64,000 nucleotides of DNA from an uncultured Poribacteria bacterium (GTDB lineage: Bacteria; Poribacteria; WGA-4E; WGA-3G), in the NCBI GenBank assembly GCA_958296135.2, contig CATQHZ020000001.1:3680001-3744000 (forward strand). The letters run 5' to 3'. The notes below the pieces were generated by a model. It was not told the DNA's origin and made no database searches. It saw nothing but the letters and a program-made list of their open reading frames with translations. This document shows, one piece after another, positions 8,185 to 18,499 of this stretch; the stretch's first letter is position 1; every line of letters starts with the position of its first letter. The position numbers were made by a program, and so were the translations under genes.

Positions 8185-11088
8185 ATGCCACGAAGACTCA
8201 TCGAGGAGGCTTTTCCACTCCAAAAAGTCTCCGAGGATTCAACACACGAACAAAAGGTTAGCCGAGGAAAACCAAATAGCCTACATTATTGGCCCGCGCG
8301 CCGGCCCCTCGCCGCCTGCCGCGCCGTGACGATAGCCACACTCCTCCCAGATCCCGCCGACGCGCCGCAAGCCGTGAAGGACGAATACGAACGGCTCTCC
8401 GGCTCACCGATACCGAGCAGACAGCGGGAATATCTCTGCGATCTGATTGCGTCCCTCACACGATGGGGCACCGAAGACGGTGGAGCAAAGTGGAACGCGA
8501 ATAACCAGAAGGGACGCTGGCTCAACAAACTCCGCATCGCCAGAGAACTCATCCAGAAGGCTTACGGGGGACAGCCGCCGCACGTCATGGATATGTTCGC
8601 CGGTGGCGGCGCGATTCCGCTGGAAGCAATGCGCCTCGGTTGTCAAGTCACCGCGAACGACTATAACCCCGTGGCGTGGTTTCTCCTCAAATGCACATTG
8701 GAATACCCGCAGCGCCTCGCCGGAAAAACGCATCCCCTTCCCAAACTCAACCTCGCTGAACAGCCCGAACTGACAACCGGAAATCTCGCAGCGCACGTCC
8801 GTTTGTGGGGACAGTGGGTATTAGAAAAAGCCCGCGCCGAACTCACGCGCTACTATCCCCTAGTTGATGGCAAACCGACAGTCGCCTATCTCTGGGCCCG
8901 AACCGTTCCCTGTCAAGACCCGAGATGTGGTGGAACGGTGCCGCTCCTCAAAACTCTCTGGGTATGCAAAAAGCCGGAGAAAACCCTTCCTGACACCCAC
9001 GAAAATCGGCAACGGCCCGACTTTCTTCGGCTGAAGAAAACGAAAAATCAGACGAAAGTCATTATCAACGCGAAGCGCGCCCTCAAACTCCATCCGGATA
9101 AAGAGAAAAAGCAGGTCCGCTTTGAGATCGTCGCGCCGAAAGATGACAGCGAGGTCGATAAACCAACGATGTCCGGCACATCGGCGACTTGCCCCTTTTG
9201 CGGAGTCCAGCAACCGAAAACCTACATCAAACGATGCGGACAGGAGGGCAAACTCAAGGCACAAATGACAGCCGTAGTCTATCAGGAGACGTATGGCAAG
9301 GAATACCGTCCACCGACAGATGAGGACATTGATGCAGCGAAAATACCTGCGGAAGCATTGGAAGCGATCGCTAATGAAATTCCGCATGGAATCCCCGATG
9401 AACCGATGCCTGGGCCGAAAACACTCGGATTTAGCATCCCGCTCTACGGCTTCAAAAAGTGGTCGGATTTGTTCACAGATCGGCAGTTGTTGGCGTTGAT
9501 GACATTGGTGAAGTGGATACAAACAGTCAGAACAGAAATGGAGAGGTTAGGATACTCGCGAGAGTGGGTTGAAGCTGTACCTGCATACCTTGCAGTTCTG
9601 ATTAACAGAATCGCGGACTACAACTGCACCTGTGCAAACTGGCAGTCGAAGGATGAAGCGGTTTGTAGTCTGTTTGTCGCTGCGAGAATTCCAATTACTT
9701 GGGATTACGTTGAAACAAATATGATTGGCAATTCGGTTAGTTCGTATCAAAGCCATCGGTTACTGCAGCGTCAAGCGTTGTCCCACTTATTCGGCGGATC
9801 GCATTTTGGAGACCCTTTGCCCACGGTGAACTGTGGCGATATTCTGACGACAACGCTCCCCTCTAACGTAGATCTAATCTTAACAGATCCGCCATACTAC
9901 GATGCAATTCCTTATGCCGACACTTCTGACTTTTTCTTTGTCTGGAACAAAAGAAATGGGTTCACACCAGAAACACTTGGTTCTCAGACACCGGATTCAG
10001 TTGTGCCAAAAGAGGAAGAATTAATTCAGCATGCCGCTCGGTTTGGCGGATCTAACAATAAGGCGAAAACGTATTACACAGAAGGTATGACAAAAGCGTT
10101 TGAGAAAGCACATCGCGCTATGTCCGATGGGGCACTTTTCGTTATCGTCTTTGCCCACAAAGAACCAAATGCATGGGAGACACTGCTGAATGCGATTATT
10201 GGTGCCGGCTTTACTGTAACGGCATCGTGGCCAATTGATACAGAAAAACCAAATCGGCCTCGGGGTATGAATTCTGCTGCGCTCGCCACTTCCCTTTGGC
10301 TTGTTTGCCGAAAGCGGCACACAAGTGCAAGAGCGGGACATTACGGCAAAGTCAGACGCGACATGCACGAACGCATCACCGAACGCCTCCGCTATTTCTG
10401 GGATGTCGGAATCCGAGGTCCCGACTTCGTTTGGGCGGCAATCGGGCCCGCTTTGGAGAGTTATTCCCGTTATACGGAGGTGCGGCGCATGGATGGGAAA
10501 CCGTTCACAGTCACCGAATTTCTCAAAGAGGTTCGGCGGATGGTGACAGATTTCGCCTTGGGGGAAATTCTGCACGGCGCGAGCACGGAGGCGTTGGACG
10601 AATGGACGCGCTACTACCTGATGCACCGAGACTATTTCGAGACAGCAGACGCGCCTGTTGGTGAGTGTATCCTGTTAGCGCAGGGATATGGCTTATCGTT
10701 GGACGATTTATCGGCGAAGGACATCGGCATATTGAAGCGGACCTCGTCGGGCAATAAACGCCGTTTGTTGGGACACACCGAGCGCACTTCATCTCAGGTG
10801 GGATTACCGCACGCCTCCGGCGAACTTCCGATGATAGACAAGATTCACCGCGTCATGAATTTTTGGGCGGAGGGTGAGAGAGCCCTGCTTGATGCCTATT
10901 TCCATGAGCAGGGACTTGGTGAAAACGAGCTCTTCAAGGCTGTCGTTCAGGCACTGATTGAAACGAGTCACGATGCCAAAGCGCGTTCGCTTTTGGAGAC
11001 GTTGATGGGTTATGAACCGGGTGATTACGCCTCGGTGCCCTCAACTACCGTGGCCGAATCGCAGCAATATTTTGAAGGTGTCCGGTAA
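8185..11088 (+). CDS. DUF1156-family adenine DNA methyltransferase
   Basis: Motifs LHYWPARRPLAACRA, DMFAGGGAIPLEA (motif I) and TDPPYYD (motif IV). ATG at 8185. Confidence 0.9.
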   Translation: MPRRLIEEAFPLQKVSEDSTHEQKVSRGKPNSLHYWPARRPLAACRAVTIATLLPDPADAPQAVKDEYERLSGSPIPSRQREYLCDLIASLTRWGTEDGGAKWNANNQKGRWLNKLRIARELIQKAYGGQPPHVMDMFAGGGAIPLEAMRLGCQVTANDYNPVAWFLLKCTLEYPQRLAGKTHPLPKLNLAEQPELTTGNLAAHVRLWGQWVLEKARAELTRYYPLVDGKPTVAYLWARTVPCQDPRCGGTVPLLKTLWVCKKPEKTLPDTHENRQRPDFLRLKKTKNQTKVIINAKRALKLHPDKEKKQVRFEIVAPKDDSEVDKPTMSGTSATCPFCGVQQPKTYIKRCGQEGKLKAQMTAVVYQETYGKEYRPPTDEDIDAAKIPAEALEAIANEIPHGIPDEPMPGPKTLGFSIPLYGFKKWSDLFTDRQLLALMTLVKWIQTVRTEMERLGYSREWVEAVPAYLAVLINRIADYNCTCANWQSKDEAVCSLFVAARIPITWDYVETNMIGNSVSSYQSHRLLQRQALSHLFGGSHFGDPLPTVNCGDILTTTLPSNVDLILTDPPYYDAIPYADTSDFFFVWNKRNGFTPETLGSQTPDSVVPKEEELIQHAARFGGSNNKAKTYYTEGMTKAFEKAHRAMSDGALFVIVFAHKEPNAWETLLNAIIGAGFTVTASWPIDTEKPNRPRGMNSAALATSLWLVCRKRHTSARAGHYGKVRRDMHERITERLRYFWDVGIRGPDFVWAAIGPALESYSRYTEVRRMDGKPFTVTEFLKEVRRMVTDFALGEILHGASTEALDEWTRYYLMHRDYFETADAPVGECILLAQGYGLSLDDLSAKDIGILKRTSSGNKRRLLGHTERTSSQVGLPHASGELPMIDKIHRVMNFWAEGERALLDAYFHEQGLGENELFKAVVQALIETSHDAKARSLLETLMGYEPGDYASVPSTTVAESQQYFEGVR

Positions 11089-11105
11089 TCTCTCAACTCT
11101 CCCCT

Positions 11106-11195
11106 GTAGGAGAGCCCTCCCGGTCTCGATGGGTGCAATATCGGGACAAGGATGTCCCTCCTACCCCAGAACAGGAGAGACCCCCCGGTCTCGAT
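11106..11195. repeat. REP doublet (inverted pair) plus a third family A copy
   Basis: GTAGGAGAGCCCTCCCGGTCTCGAT followed by the inverted ATCGGGACAAGGATGTCCCTCCTAC. Confidence 0.8.
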
Positions 11196-11233
11196 TCCCT
11201 CCTAAATCGTTTTGACCGTTGCGTTTTTTTATC

Positions 11234-11262
11234 TTGACATTTTTGCGGAATTTTGGTATAAT
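11234..11262 (+). promoter_or_regulatory. sigma70-type promoter
   Basis: TTGACA-17 bp-TATAAT with an extended TG. Confidence 0.8.
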
Positions 11263-11293
11263 AATATCTATCTTTAAACAGGAGGCAGGACAG

Positions 11294-11730
11294 ATGAAAT
11301 TAGGGTTCCTATTTCTCCTCCTCGGTCTGATGCTCTTTAACGCGTCGGCGTTTGGCGAACTGAGCGTTGAGGATATCGAGAAAATTCGCGCAATCGTCAA
11401 GGAGATTGTTGCCCAAGAAATCGCGAAAGTCACCGGCAAAATTGATGGAATCACCGGCAGAATTGACAGAATCGATAAACAGTTAGATCGAAACTTTGCC
11501 TTGATTTTGGCACTGATAGCATTCATGGGTGTCGTCATCGGGCTTCCGCAATTCCTTGAGAGAAAAAAAGATGCGAACAAGAGAGGCAGATTGCGGTGCA
11601 GCAACAACAAATTTTGGCGCAACAGCGGCAAATCGACGAGTTGTACCGGAAAATAGATGCCCTAACCCAAGGTGGCCCTCCAGGGTTGAACGCCGGCGTA
11701 GGCACCGAAGACGTTCCCCGCAGTTCATAA
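11294..11730 (+). CDS. Small signal-peptide/coiled-coil/TM protein, frameshifted at an A7 run (11563-11569)
   Basis: ATG at 11294 follows GGAGG. The 0-frame stops at 11656; the -1 frame continues as EQERQIAVQQQQILAQQRQIDELYRKIDAL to TAA at 11730. Confidence 0.65.
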
Positions 11731-11775
11731 TGAGAGTTGGAGAGATTCCAAAGATAGCCAAGGAGACAGAAACAG

Positions 11776-14700
11776 ATGAGCGCATGGCATGAAAACTGCA
11801 TTTTAAGAGATGACGTGCGGGAAGGCACGCTGACGCTTGCAGACTTCGCCGCAGATCTTTACGGCGTGCGGACAGGCGACGCGCCGCCTGTCTATCGCTT
11901 CGCCGAGGCGTTTTTCGAGAGCACCTACCCCACGCATAATCTCAAGACATTGGTGCGAGACGTGCTGCTTCGGTTGTCGGGCAGCCCCGAGGGTAAGCCG
12001 GTTACCCGCGTCCAAGTCGCTTACGGCGGCGGCAAAACGCATGCACTCATCGCGCTGTTGCATCTGGCAGAAGGTGGCGATGCCCTGGAAAAATATCCAA
12101 CCGTGCAGGAGTTCATCGGGTTCAGTGGCCTAAACCGCCTCCCAAAAGCCCGGGCCGCCCTGTTACCCTTCGACAAATTTGACGTGTTAGAGGGACTCTC
12201 GGTGCGGAGCCCCGACGGTGAATGGCGGCAAGTGAAAACACCGTGGGGCGCGCTGGCGTATCAACTGGCGGGAGAGGCAGGCTTGGAAAAAGTCGCGGCG
12301 CATGAAGCAGATTATACCCCACCAGCGGAACCAATTCTGGTCGAACTCCTGAAAATGCCGCAAGCGGATGAACGCGCCACGCTCATCTTGATTGACGAAG
12401 CACTCATCTATCTGCGCAGTGCTGTCAACGCTGACCCGAGGCGATTGGGAACCTTGCAGGATTTTTTCCAAATGCTGACGCAAGCCGTCGACAAAATCGA
12501 ACGTGCCGCCCTCGTTGCAAGCCTCATCAGCTCAGATAGTGCCACAAATGATCCGACTGGCACACAAGCCTTGGCTGCGATGGAGCATGTCTTTCGGCGC
12601 GTCGAAGAAACGGTTGAACCGCTCTCGCATGACGATATCTCAGAATTGCTGCGGCGGCGGTTGTTTGAAGATGTGGGGAATGACAAGACACATCGGGCTA
12701 TCGTCGGTAGCCTAATCGGCACGATGCGAAGATTACCGCTACCCAATTCACTGACAGATCCGGCGGCATCCGAACGCTTCTTAAAATCTTACCCGTTTCA
12801 CCCAGATCTGATTGAGATCTTCTATCAAAAATGGACGCAACTCAATGGCTTCCAAAAGACCCGGGGGATGCTTCGCACGTTTGCAACCGCCCTGAAAGAA
12901 GCTGATGGGAGAGACACCGCCGCTTTTGTCGGACCGGGCGTGTTGCTCGGAACCGTTGGCGAACCGTCAAAAGCTGTTCAGGAACTTATTCTGGCGTGTG
13001 AAGAGGGCAATCAGTGGACACCCATCCTCACGGGGGAACTTGAGAGAGCCCGCGCTGTGCAAGAAAAGCTGCCATCTCTCAGAAACCGAGAAATTGAGAC
13101 AGCGGTGCTTGCTACCTTCTTGCATTCCCAACCGCAAGGAAAGAAAGCGGAAACGACAGACCTCTATCTGTTGCTCGCACATCCAGACGTAGACCCGATG
13201 TCGGTAGAGCAAGGGCTTTCGGAGTGGCGAAAGCACTCATGGTTCCTCAAAGAAGACGAAGACACCTGGGCACTAGGGACAGCAGCAAATCTCACGAACA
13301 TGCATGTCCGGGCAATGGGAAGAGTGACTGAAGAACAGATTAGCGACGATTTGGTGAAGCGGATAAGTGATGCCAAACTCGGACAGAATAGCGATAAGGT
13401 GGCCGTTCACGCATTCCCCGATTCACCAGCCGATGTCTCTGATACCCCCGAACTCCACTTTGTCATCGCCGGCCCCGAACACGCCGAGGTTCCAGGGACA
13501 GATGTCCCTTCATCCCTCAAAGCGTTTTTTGAGAGAACCTACCGGAACAGCGTCATCGTGCTCGCCCCTGAACACTCCCAACTCACAGGATTGCGCCAAC
13601 GTATCCGTAAAATTCTGGGATGGGAGAACATTGAGAGAAGTGACGAGATAAACCTTTTGACCGGCTCCCAGGAAGCACTACTACGACAGCGCAAGCGAGA
13701 GGATAGAACCGGTATCTCAGACGCTGTCAAATCGATTTATAAGGTCCTCATTGCAGTTGACGAGGATGGCGAAATTGCGGCGCGTCAGTTACCACACGGG
13801 ACAGACTCACCTTTTGAGCGCGTGAAGGCATTTTTGGTAGACGAGGATAGACTTCTGGAAACAACACTCGATCCGGATCTGCTCACCCCAGCAGAGAGTT
13901 ACTTTGAGTTGTGGGGCGACACTGAAACAGCAAAACCAGTCCAAGGACTGTATGGCATGTTTGCCAGTCTCCCTCGTCTGCCTCGATTGCTGAGCCGACA
14001 GGTATTCATTGAGTCGCTGCGGCGCGGCGTTACGGAGGGACGGATTGTCCTCCGCGCACCCCGGCCAGACGGTTCGCAGCGCACCTATTGGCGCGATGCA
14101 CCCGCTGATGAAGACTTCTGGCAAAAAGACTTAGAAATCGTTCCGATCGAGCACGCCGAACTCCACGAACTTAGTCCAGAACTCTTGCGCCCAGGACGAT
14201 TACCCGCCTTGTGGCCGAACGAGAATGTTCCGGTGACAGTACCTGCAATTCGGGAATTTTTTAATGGAGACGACGTTCCGAAACTCGCATCTGACGCTGT
14301 GTTTTTGGAGGCAGTCAAAGAGACAGTCCGGTCGGGTGTCCTCATGGCGCGCAGCGGCGACAAAGCCTATTTGACGGAAGTCATTCCGGACGCGGAACTC
14401 ACTGACGAATTGGAGTTGCTCGCGCCGCTCTCACCTATTCGCGGCTCAGAACTCAGCCGAGAGGCCTTGCCAGAGGCGTGGGAGGGAGGAACTTCGTCTA
14501 TCGGCAAAGTGATGCAGGCACTGGCGAAGCACAAAGGCTCGCCAATCCCGTGGCAGCTGATTGTTACTGCCATCAACGAAGGATTGGGTGGCAATCTCTT
14601 TAAAATCGCTAGCGGAGGTCCTTCGTGGCCTTGTGATTTTGATGTGGCAGATAAAATCGGTCTGCAAGTTTCACAAGATTCTGTTGCGCCGCCATCGCTG

Positions 14701-14943
14701 CCCGATCCCCCTGGCTTGTCCGACAAACCATGGGCAAGGCAGGCCGCGTCAACCCTCACTGAAACCGAGATTCAGGATTTCGCGAAAATAATCGGCGATT
14801 TGACTGAGATCGCACCAGATATTGACTTTCAATTCCACATCTCAATTACGGCTACTACCGAAGGAGGACAGCCATCATCGGAGGTGTTGGCACAAATAAA
14901 CGAGCATCTGCGCAAAATTGCGGATAAGTTGAAGTTTGGTTAA
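11776..14943 (+). CDS. DUF499-family ATPase
   Basis: Motifs FAADL, FFESTYPT, Walker A AYGGGKTH, Walker B LILIDE, SYPFHP and FQKTRGMLR. Confidence 0.88.
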   Translation: MSAWHENCILRDDVREGTLTLADFAADLYGVRTGDAPPVYRFAEAFFESTYPTHNLKTLVRDVLLRLSGSPEGKPVTRVQVAYGGGKTHALIALLHLAEGGDALEKYPTVQEFIGFSGLNRLPKARAALLPFDKFDVLEGLSVRSPDGEWRQVKTPWGALAYQLAGEAGLEKVAAHEADYTPPAEPILVELLKMPQADERATLILIDEALIYLRSAVNADPRRLGTLQDFFQMLTQAVDKIERAALVASLISSDSATNDPTGTQALAAMEHVFRRVEETVEPLSHDDISELLRRRLFEDVGNDKTHRAIVGSLIGTMRRLPLPNSLTDPAASERFLKSYPFHPDLIEIFYQKWTQLNGFQKTRGMLRTFATALKEADGRDTAAFVGPGVLLGTVGEPSKAVQELILACEEGNQWTPILTGELERARAVQEKLPSLRNREIETAVLATFLHSQPQGKKAETTDLYLLLAHPDVDPMSVEQGLSEWRKHSWFLKEDEDTWALGTAANLTNMHVRAMGRVTEEQISDDLVKRISDAKLGQNSDKVAVHAFPDSPADVSDTPELHFVIAGPEHAEVPGTDVPSSLKAFFERTYRNSVIVLAPEHSQLTGLRQRIRKILGWENIERSDEINLLTGSQEALLRQRKREDRTGISDAVKSIYKVLIAVDEDGEIAARQLPHGTDSPFERVKAFLVDEDRLLETTLDPDLLTPAESYFELWGDTETAKPVQGLYGMFASLPRLPRLLSRQVFIESLRRGVTEGRIVLRAPRPDGSQRTYWRDAPADEDFWQKDLEIVPIEHAELHELSPELLRPGRLPALWPNENVPVTVPAIREFFNGDDVPKLASDAVFLEAVKETVRSGVLMARSGDKAYLTEVIPDAELTDELELLAPLSPIRGSELSREALPEAWEGGTSSIGKVMQALAKHKGSPIPWQLIVTAINEGLGGNLFKIASGGPSWPCDFDVADKIGLQVSQDSVAPPSLPDPPGLSDKPWARQAASTLTETEIQDFAKIIGDLTEIAPDIDFQFHISITATTEGGQPSSEVLAQINEHLRKIADKLKFG

Positions 14944-14950
14944 TCGAGCG

Positions 14951-15010
14951 GTAGGAGAGACCTCGGGGCTCGACACCCCGCCCCGGTAGGAGAGACCTCC
15001 CGGGCTCGAC
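14951..15010 (+). repeat. REP family A, two copies
   Basis: GTAGGAGAGACCTC...GCTCGAC occurs twice. Confidence 0.75.
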
Positions 15011-15045
15011 TCTCCTCCCGGTCGCGACAAAAAGGAGAAAACCAC

Positions 15046-15591
15046 ATGGCAAAACGAAAGAAATTATTCGGCATGAACCATTACCAAAAGAAATCGCACC
15101 GCCGCCGCGAAGACCGGCTCCGCGGCAACGAGGTGGCATACTACCTCGCACTCGCCTACTCTGACAATCCGGATGAGCGCGTCATCGCTATGGACAACCT
15201 CTGTCCCTGCCACGTCCGAAAACGCATTGACAAGGTCTGGGTAGCACTCTTCAGAGGCCTGGTAGACCCGGATCTGCGCGTCCGACGCGCCGCATGGCAT
15301 ACGCTTGAAGACGGCGGAAACCCCGACGACCCGAGGCTGGAACCCCTCCTTGAGAAAATCGCAAAGGAGGAAACCGACCCGAGGCTCCGCCAAAACGCGC
15401 TCGACCTCATCGCCGAGAAGCAGCAGACGGAAGCCCAGAAAAACGCGCTCATCGGACTGAAGGCGGACTACTTTTCCGGGAAATGTGATTGGTGCGGCGA
15501 GAAAAACGTGCCAGTCACCCACGATTACGAAACCGAAATTGAAGTCGGTAATACCAAGCGGTTCGCGCTCACCTGCGAGGATTGTGGGTAA
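15046..15591 (+). CDS. HEAT-repeat protein with CPCH motif and C-terminal zinc ribbon
   Basis: HEAT-like segments DPDLRVRRAA and TDPRLRQNA; CDWC...CEDC. Confidence 0.7.
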   Translation: MAKRKKLFGMNHYQKKSHRRREDRLRGNEVAYYLALAYSDNPDERVIAMDNLCPCHVRKRIDKVWVALFRGLVDPDLRVRRAAWHTLEDGGNPDDPRLEPLLEKIAKEETDPRLRQNALDLIAEKQQTEAQKNALIGLKADYFSGKCDWCGEKNVPVTHDYETEIEVGNTKRFALTCEDCG

Positions 15592-15774
15592 GCACGGCGC
15601 GCCTACCGAACCCCAGGACGATTCAGTTTCCGGATAAACGATAAGGGACAGATTGCTTGATGGAGAGATATAGAAATCTGCCCTTACAATCTTTATCTGT
15701 CGAAAAAAAATTGAAGAAAATCTGCCCATCACATAACTAACCTATTAACATCTGAAAAAGGTGATAACGATTCT

Positions 15775-16341
15775 ATGATTCCTGATGATGTCTATGTCCA
15801 CAAAACCGTAGAAGGCGATGCGGAGGCGTTCAACGAACTCGTCAGTCGCCACCATGCGAAGATATACGGGCTGGCGTACCGGATGCTCGGCAATGCTGAC
15901 GATGCCGCCGATGCAACGCAAGAGACGTTTTACGAGGCTTACAAATCGCTTAAATCGTTTCAATTTCAGGCGCAGTTCGGCACATGGCTGTATCGCATCG
16001 GCATTAACACCTGCCAGCAGTATGTCCGCAAGGCGCAATCGCGCGAACGAACGCTGACTGCCTATACCGATGAGGTTGCAGTCCGGGGGGTTGCCTCGGA
16101 CAAATACTCGCCTGAACGGCTCGCGCTCAAGGCGGAGCAGAAGCAAATCGTTCAGGAGGCCATCAATCGGCTACCACCGAAGCAGCGCGAGGTAGTCACG
16201 CTGTTCTACATGCAACACCTGAAATACCGGGAGATCGCCGAAGTCTTGGACTGTTCCGAAGGAACGGTCGCGTCCCGGTTGAATCAGGCGTTGAAGAACC
16301 TCAAGAAGAAGTTGAGCAAGTATTACCACTCCCCGGAATAG
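15775..16341 (+). CDS. ECF sigma-70 factor
   Basis: Motifs GDAEAFNELV, FGTWLYRIGIN and YREIAEVLDCSEGTVASRL. Confidence 0.93.
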   Translation: MIPDDVYVHKTVEGDAEAFNELVSRHHAKIYGLAYRMLGNADDAADATQETFYEAYKSLKSFQFQAQFGTWLYRIGINTCQQYVRKAQSRERTLTAYTDEVAVRGVASDKYSPERLALKAEQKQIVQEAINRLPPKQREVVTLFYMQHLKYREIAEVLDCSEGTVASRLNQALKNLKKKLSKYYHSPE

Positions 16342-16440
16342 TTGCACTGACCTGGGCGTGCAGGATACTTTATGCCTAGTGCAGCCGAAAGGTAACCCGC
16401 CAAGCCAACCAAACCTAACGCTTGGCGCAAAGAGAAAAAT

Positions 16441-17148
16441 ATGAATTGTGAACAAACTCGTAAACAGCTCGTTTTACACCGCGGGGGGGCCGCCGGCTCC
16501 CGCGAGGCGCAAAGTGCCTCCTTGCAACACCTCCGCACTTGCACCGCCTGTCAGGTCGAGTATGAGGCGTTGTGGCACACGGCAACGGTGCTAGAGAATA
16601 CAGAAGCACCGATGCCGCCGGCGGGACTGTTGGCGCAGATCCAGCAGGGTATTCGGCACCTCCATAAACGGCGACAAGTCGCGTTCTTCGCGAACCCGAT
16701 GTCGTGGTGCTTCGACCGGCTGAAGGTAGAGTTATCGCCGCGCCTCGTCAACGCCATTGCGATGCTCTGCTACGTGCTCGCCTCCGCGTTCCTCGTCAAA
16801 CTCGCGTTTTTCAACGGTGCCCCAGAACCCGAATTCGGTTTGACAGCCATGGAAGAAAGCCGCCTCCGACACGTGCGGATGTCGCGCGCTTCGTGGGGAC
16901 TGCTCAAAGGGGCCGAGAAAGAACGCACCGCAACCGTGGCCGTACCAGCACAGAAATCCGAACTCGCTGAAAAGCGTTTTCGGGCGGTTCCGCAAAATAC
17001 ACAGCCGGTAAACCAATTCTTTACGCTAGATGCCGTTGAGATGTGGATGCCGCAAGCCGTCGATACCTCTGACACCTTGCAACGCGAAGTGCAGACGACC
17101 GATCAGAAATTGACGGTATTTTGGAACCACATCAAGACGAGTCTATAG
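16441..17148 (+). CDS. Zinc-finger (ZAS) anti-sigma factor, membrane anchored
   Basis: HLRTCTAC (HxxxCxxC) and one TM helix; lies downstream of the ECF sigma gene. Confidence 0.75.
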   Translation: MNCEQTRKQLVLHRGGAAGSREAQSASLQHLRTCTACQVEYEALWHTATVLENTEAPMPPAGLLAQIQQGIRHLHKRRQVAFFANPMSWCFDRLKVELSPRLVNAIAMLCYVLASAFLVKLAFFNGAPEPEFGLTAMEESRLRHVRMSRASWGLLKGAEKERTATVAVPAQKSELAEKRFRAVPQNTQPVNQFFTLDAVEMWMPQAVDTSDTLQREVQTTDQKLTVFWNHIKTSL

Positions 17149-17166
17149 ACGCGATCTCCCCCTGTC

Positions 17167-17198
17167 GTTCGGGCTCGAATGAGCCCGAACTCCTTTTA
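17167..17198 (+). terminator. Putative intrinsic terminator
   Basis: Perfect 10-bp stem GTTCGGGCTC-GAAT-GAGCCCGAAC followed by TCCTTTT. Confidence 0.55.
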
Positions 17199-17374
17199 AT
17201 CTCCCTCCATTTTGTCTGAAACAAGATTCACAGGATGAGGTCTCTCCCACAAGGCGGGGTTTTCTCCGAAAACAACCTGTGTTATACCCCTAATCTTCCT
17301 ACGGATCTAAAGTAGTTTTTCCCTTAACATAATCCTAGAAATCTTGCGAATCCTGAAAGCCCTGCTTAAAAAAC

Positions 17375-17403
17375 TTGACAGAAAACCCTTTTTTGTGTAA
17401 AAT
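17375..17403 (+). promoter_or_regulatory. sigma70-type promoter of the ABC operon
   Basis: TTGACA-17 bp-TAAAAT with an extended TG. Confidence 0.7.
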
Positions 17404-17453
17404 GTGTCACATTACTTAAAACGTTTTGCGCGAGAGAGGAGCATCGCGAGCGG

Positions 17454-18473
17454 ATGGCATCAACAACCGAAAACTCTTATGAAAAACCGCTACTGGAAAT
17501 CGCGGGCCTGAAGACAGTCTTTCCAACAGACGATGGCATCGTCAACGCCGTGAACGATGTCAGTTTTGAAATTGCACGCGGGCAAACCGTCGGCGTTGTC
17601 GGCGAAAGCGGTTGCGGGAAAAGCATTACCGGGCTGTCGCTGCTCCAACTTGTGCCATCGCCGGGGCGCATTGAGGCGGGGCAACTCCTGTTCCACCGCA
17701 ACGGCGACGAAACGCCGCTGGACATCGCCCAGGTCTCCCCGAAAAGTGAGTTGATGCGCCAGATTCGCGGCAACGAAATCGCCATCATCTTCCAAGAACC
17801 GATGACATCCCTCAATCCTGTCTACACCGTCGGCAATCAGATTGCAGAGGCGGTTAAGCTGCACGAGGGAGTTAACAAGCAAACGGCGCGCGAACGTGCT
17901 ATTGAGATGCTCGCCCGGGTCGGTATTCCTGCACCCGCGCAGCGCGTTGACGAATACCCGCATCAACTCTCCGGCGGGATGCGGCAGCGCGTCATGATTG
18001 CGATGGCACTCTGTTGTTCGCCAGCCCTCCTCATCGCCGATGAACCAACGACAGCCTTGGATGTCACCATCCAAGCGCAGGTGCTCGCGCTCATGCAGGA
18101 GCTCCAAGATGAGATGGGGATGGCCATTATGCTCATTACGCACGACCTCGGGGTTATCGCAGAGCTCGCCGATGAAGTCGTTGTGATGTATGCAGGACGC
18201 GTCGTCGAAAAGGGAAGCGTTGACGATATTTTCTATAACCCGTTGCATCCCTATACGCGCGGATTGCTCAAATCTATCCCCATCCTCGGCGGCACCGCGC
18301 AGGAAACGTTGTCCTCTATTCCGGGGACGGTGCCGCATCCGTTGGCACTGCCTCTCGGTTGCTCGTTCGCGCCCCGATGCACGGAACGGATGCCGGCCTG
18401 TGAACAGATGCCGGAACTCAAAATCGTTGACAATAAACACGCAGCGCGGTGTTGGCTGCACGAAAAAATGTAA
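17454..18473 (+). CDS. Peptide/nickel ABC transporter ATPase (OppD/DppD-like)
   Basis: Motifs [20 protein letters not shown] and [10 protein letters not shown]. Confidence 0.93.
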   Translation: MASTTENSYEKPLLEIAGLKTVFPTDDGIVNAVNDVSFEIARGQTVGVVGESGCGKSITGLSLLQLVPSPGRIEAGQLLFHRNGDETPLDIAQVSPKSELMRQIRGNEIAIIFQEPMTSLNPVYTVGNQIAEAVKLHEGVNKQTARERAIEMLARVGIPAPAQRVDEYPHQLSGGMRQRVMIAMALCCSPALLIADEPTTALDVTIQAQVLALMQELQDEMGMAIMLITHDLGVIAELADEVVVMYAGRVVEKGSVDDIFYNPLHPYTRGLLKSIPILGGTAQETLSSIPGTVPHPLALPLGCSFAPRCTERMPACEQMPELKIVDNKHAARCWLHEKM

Positions 18474-18499
18474 AGACTGATCGCTGATAGACAATAATC

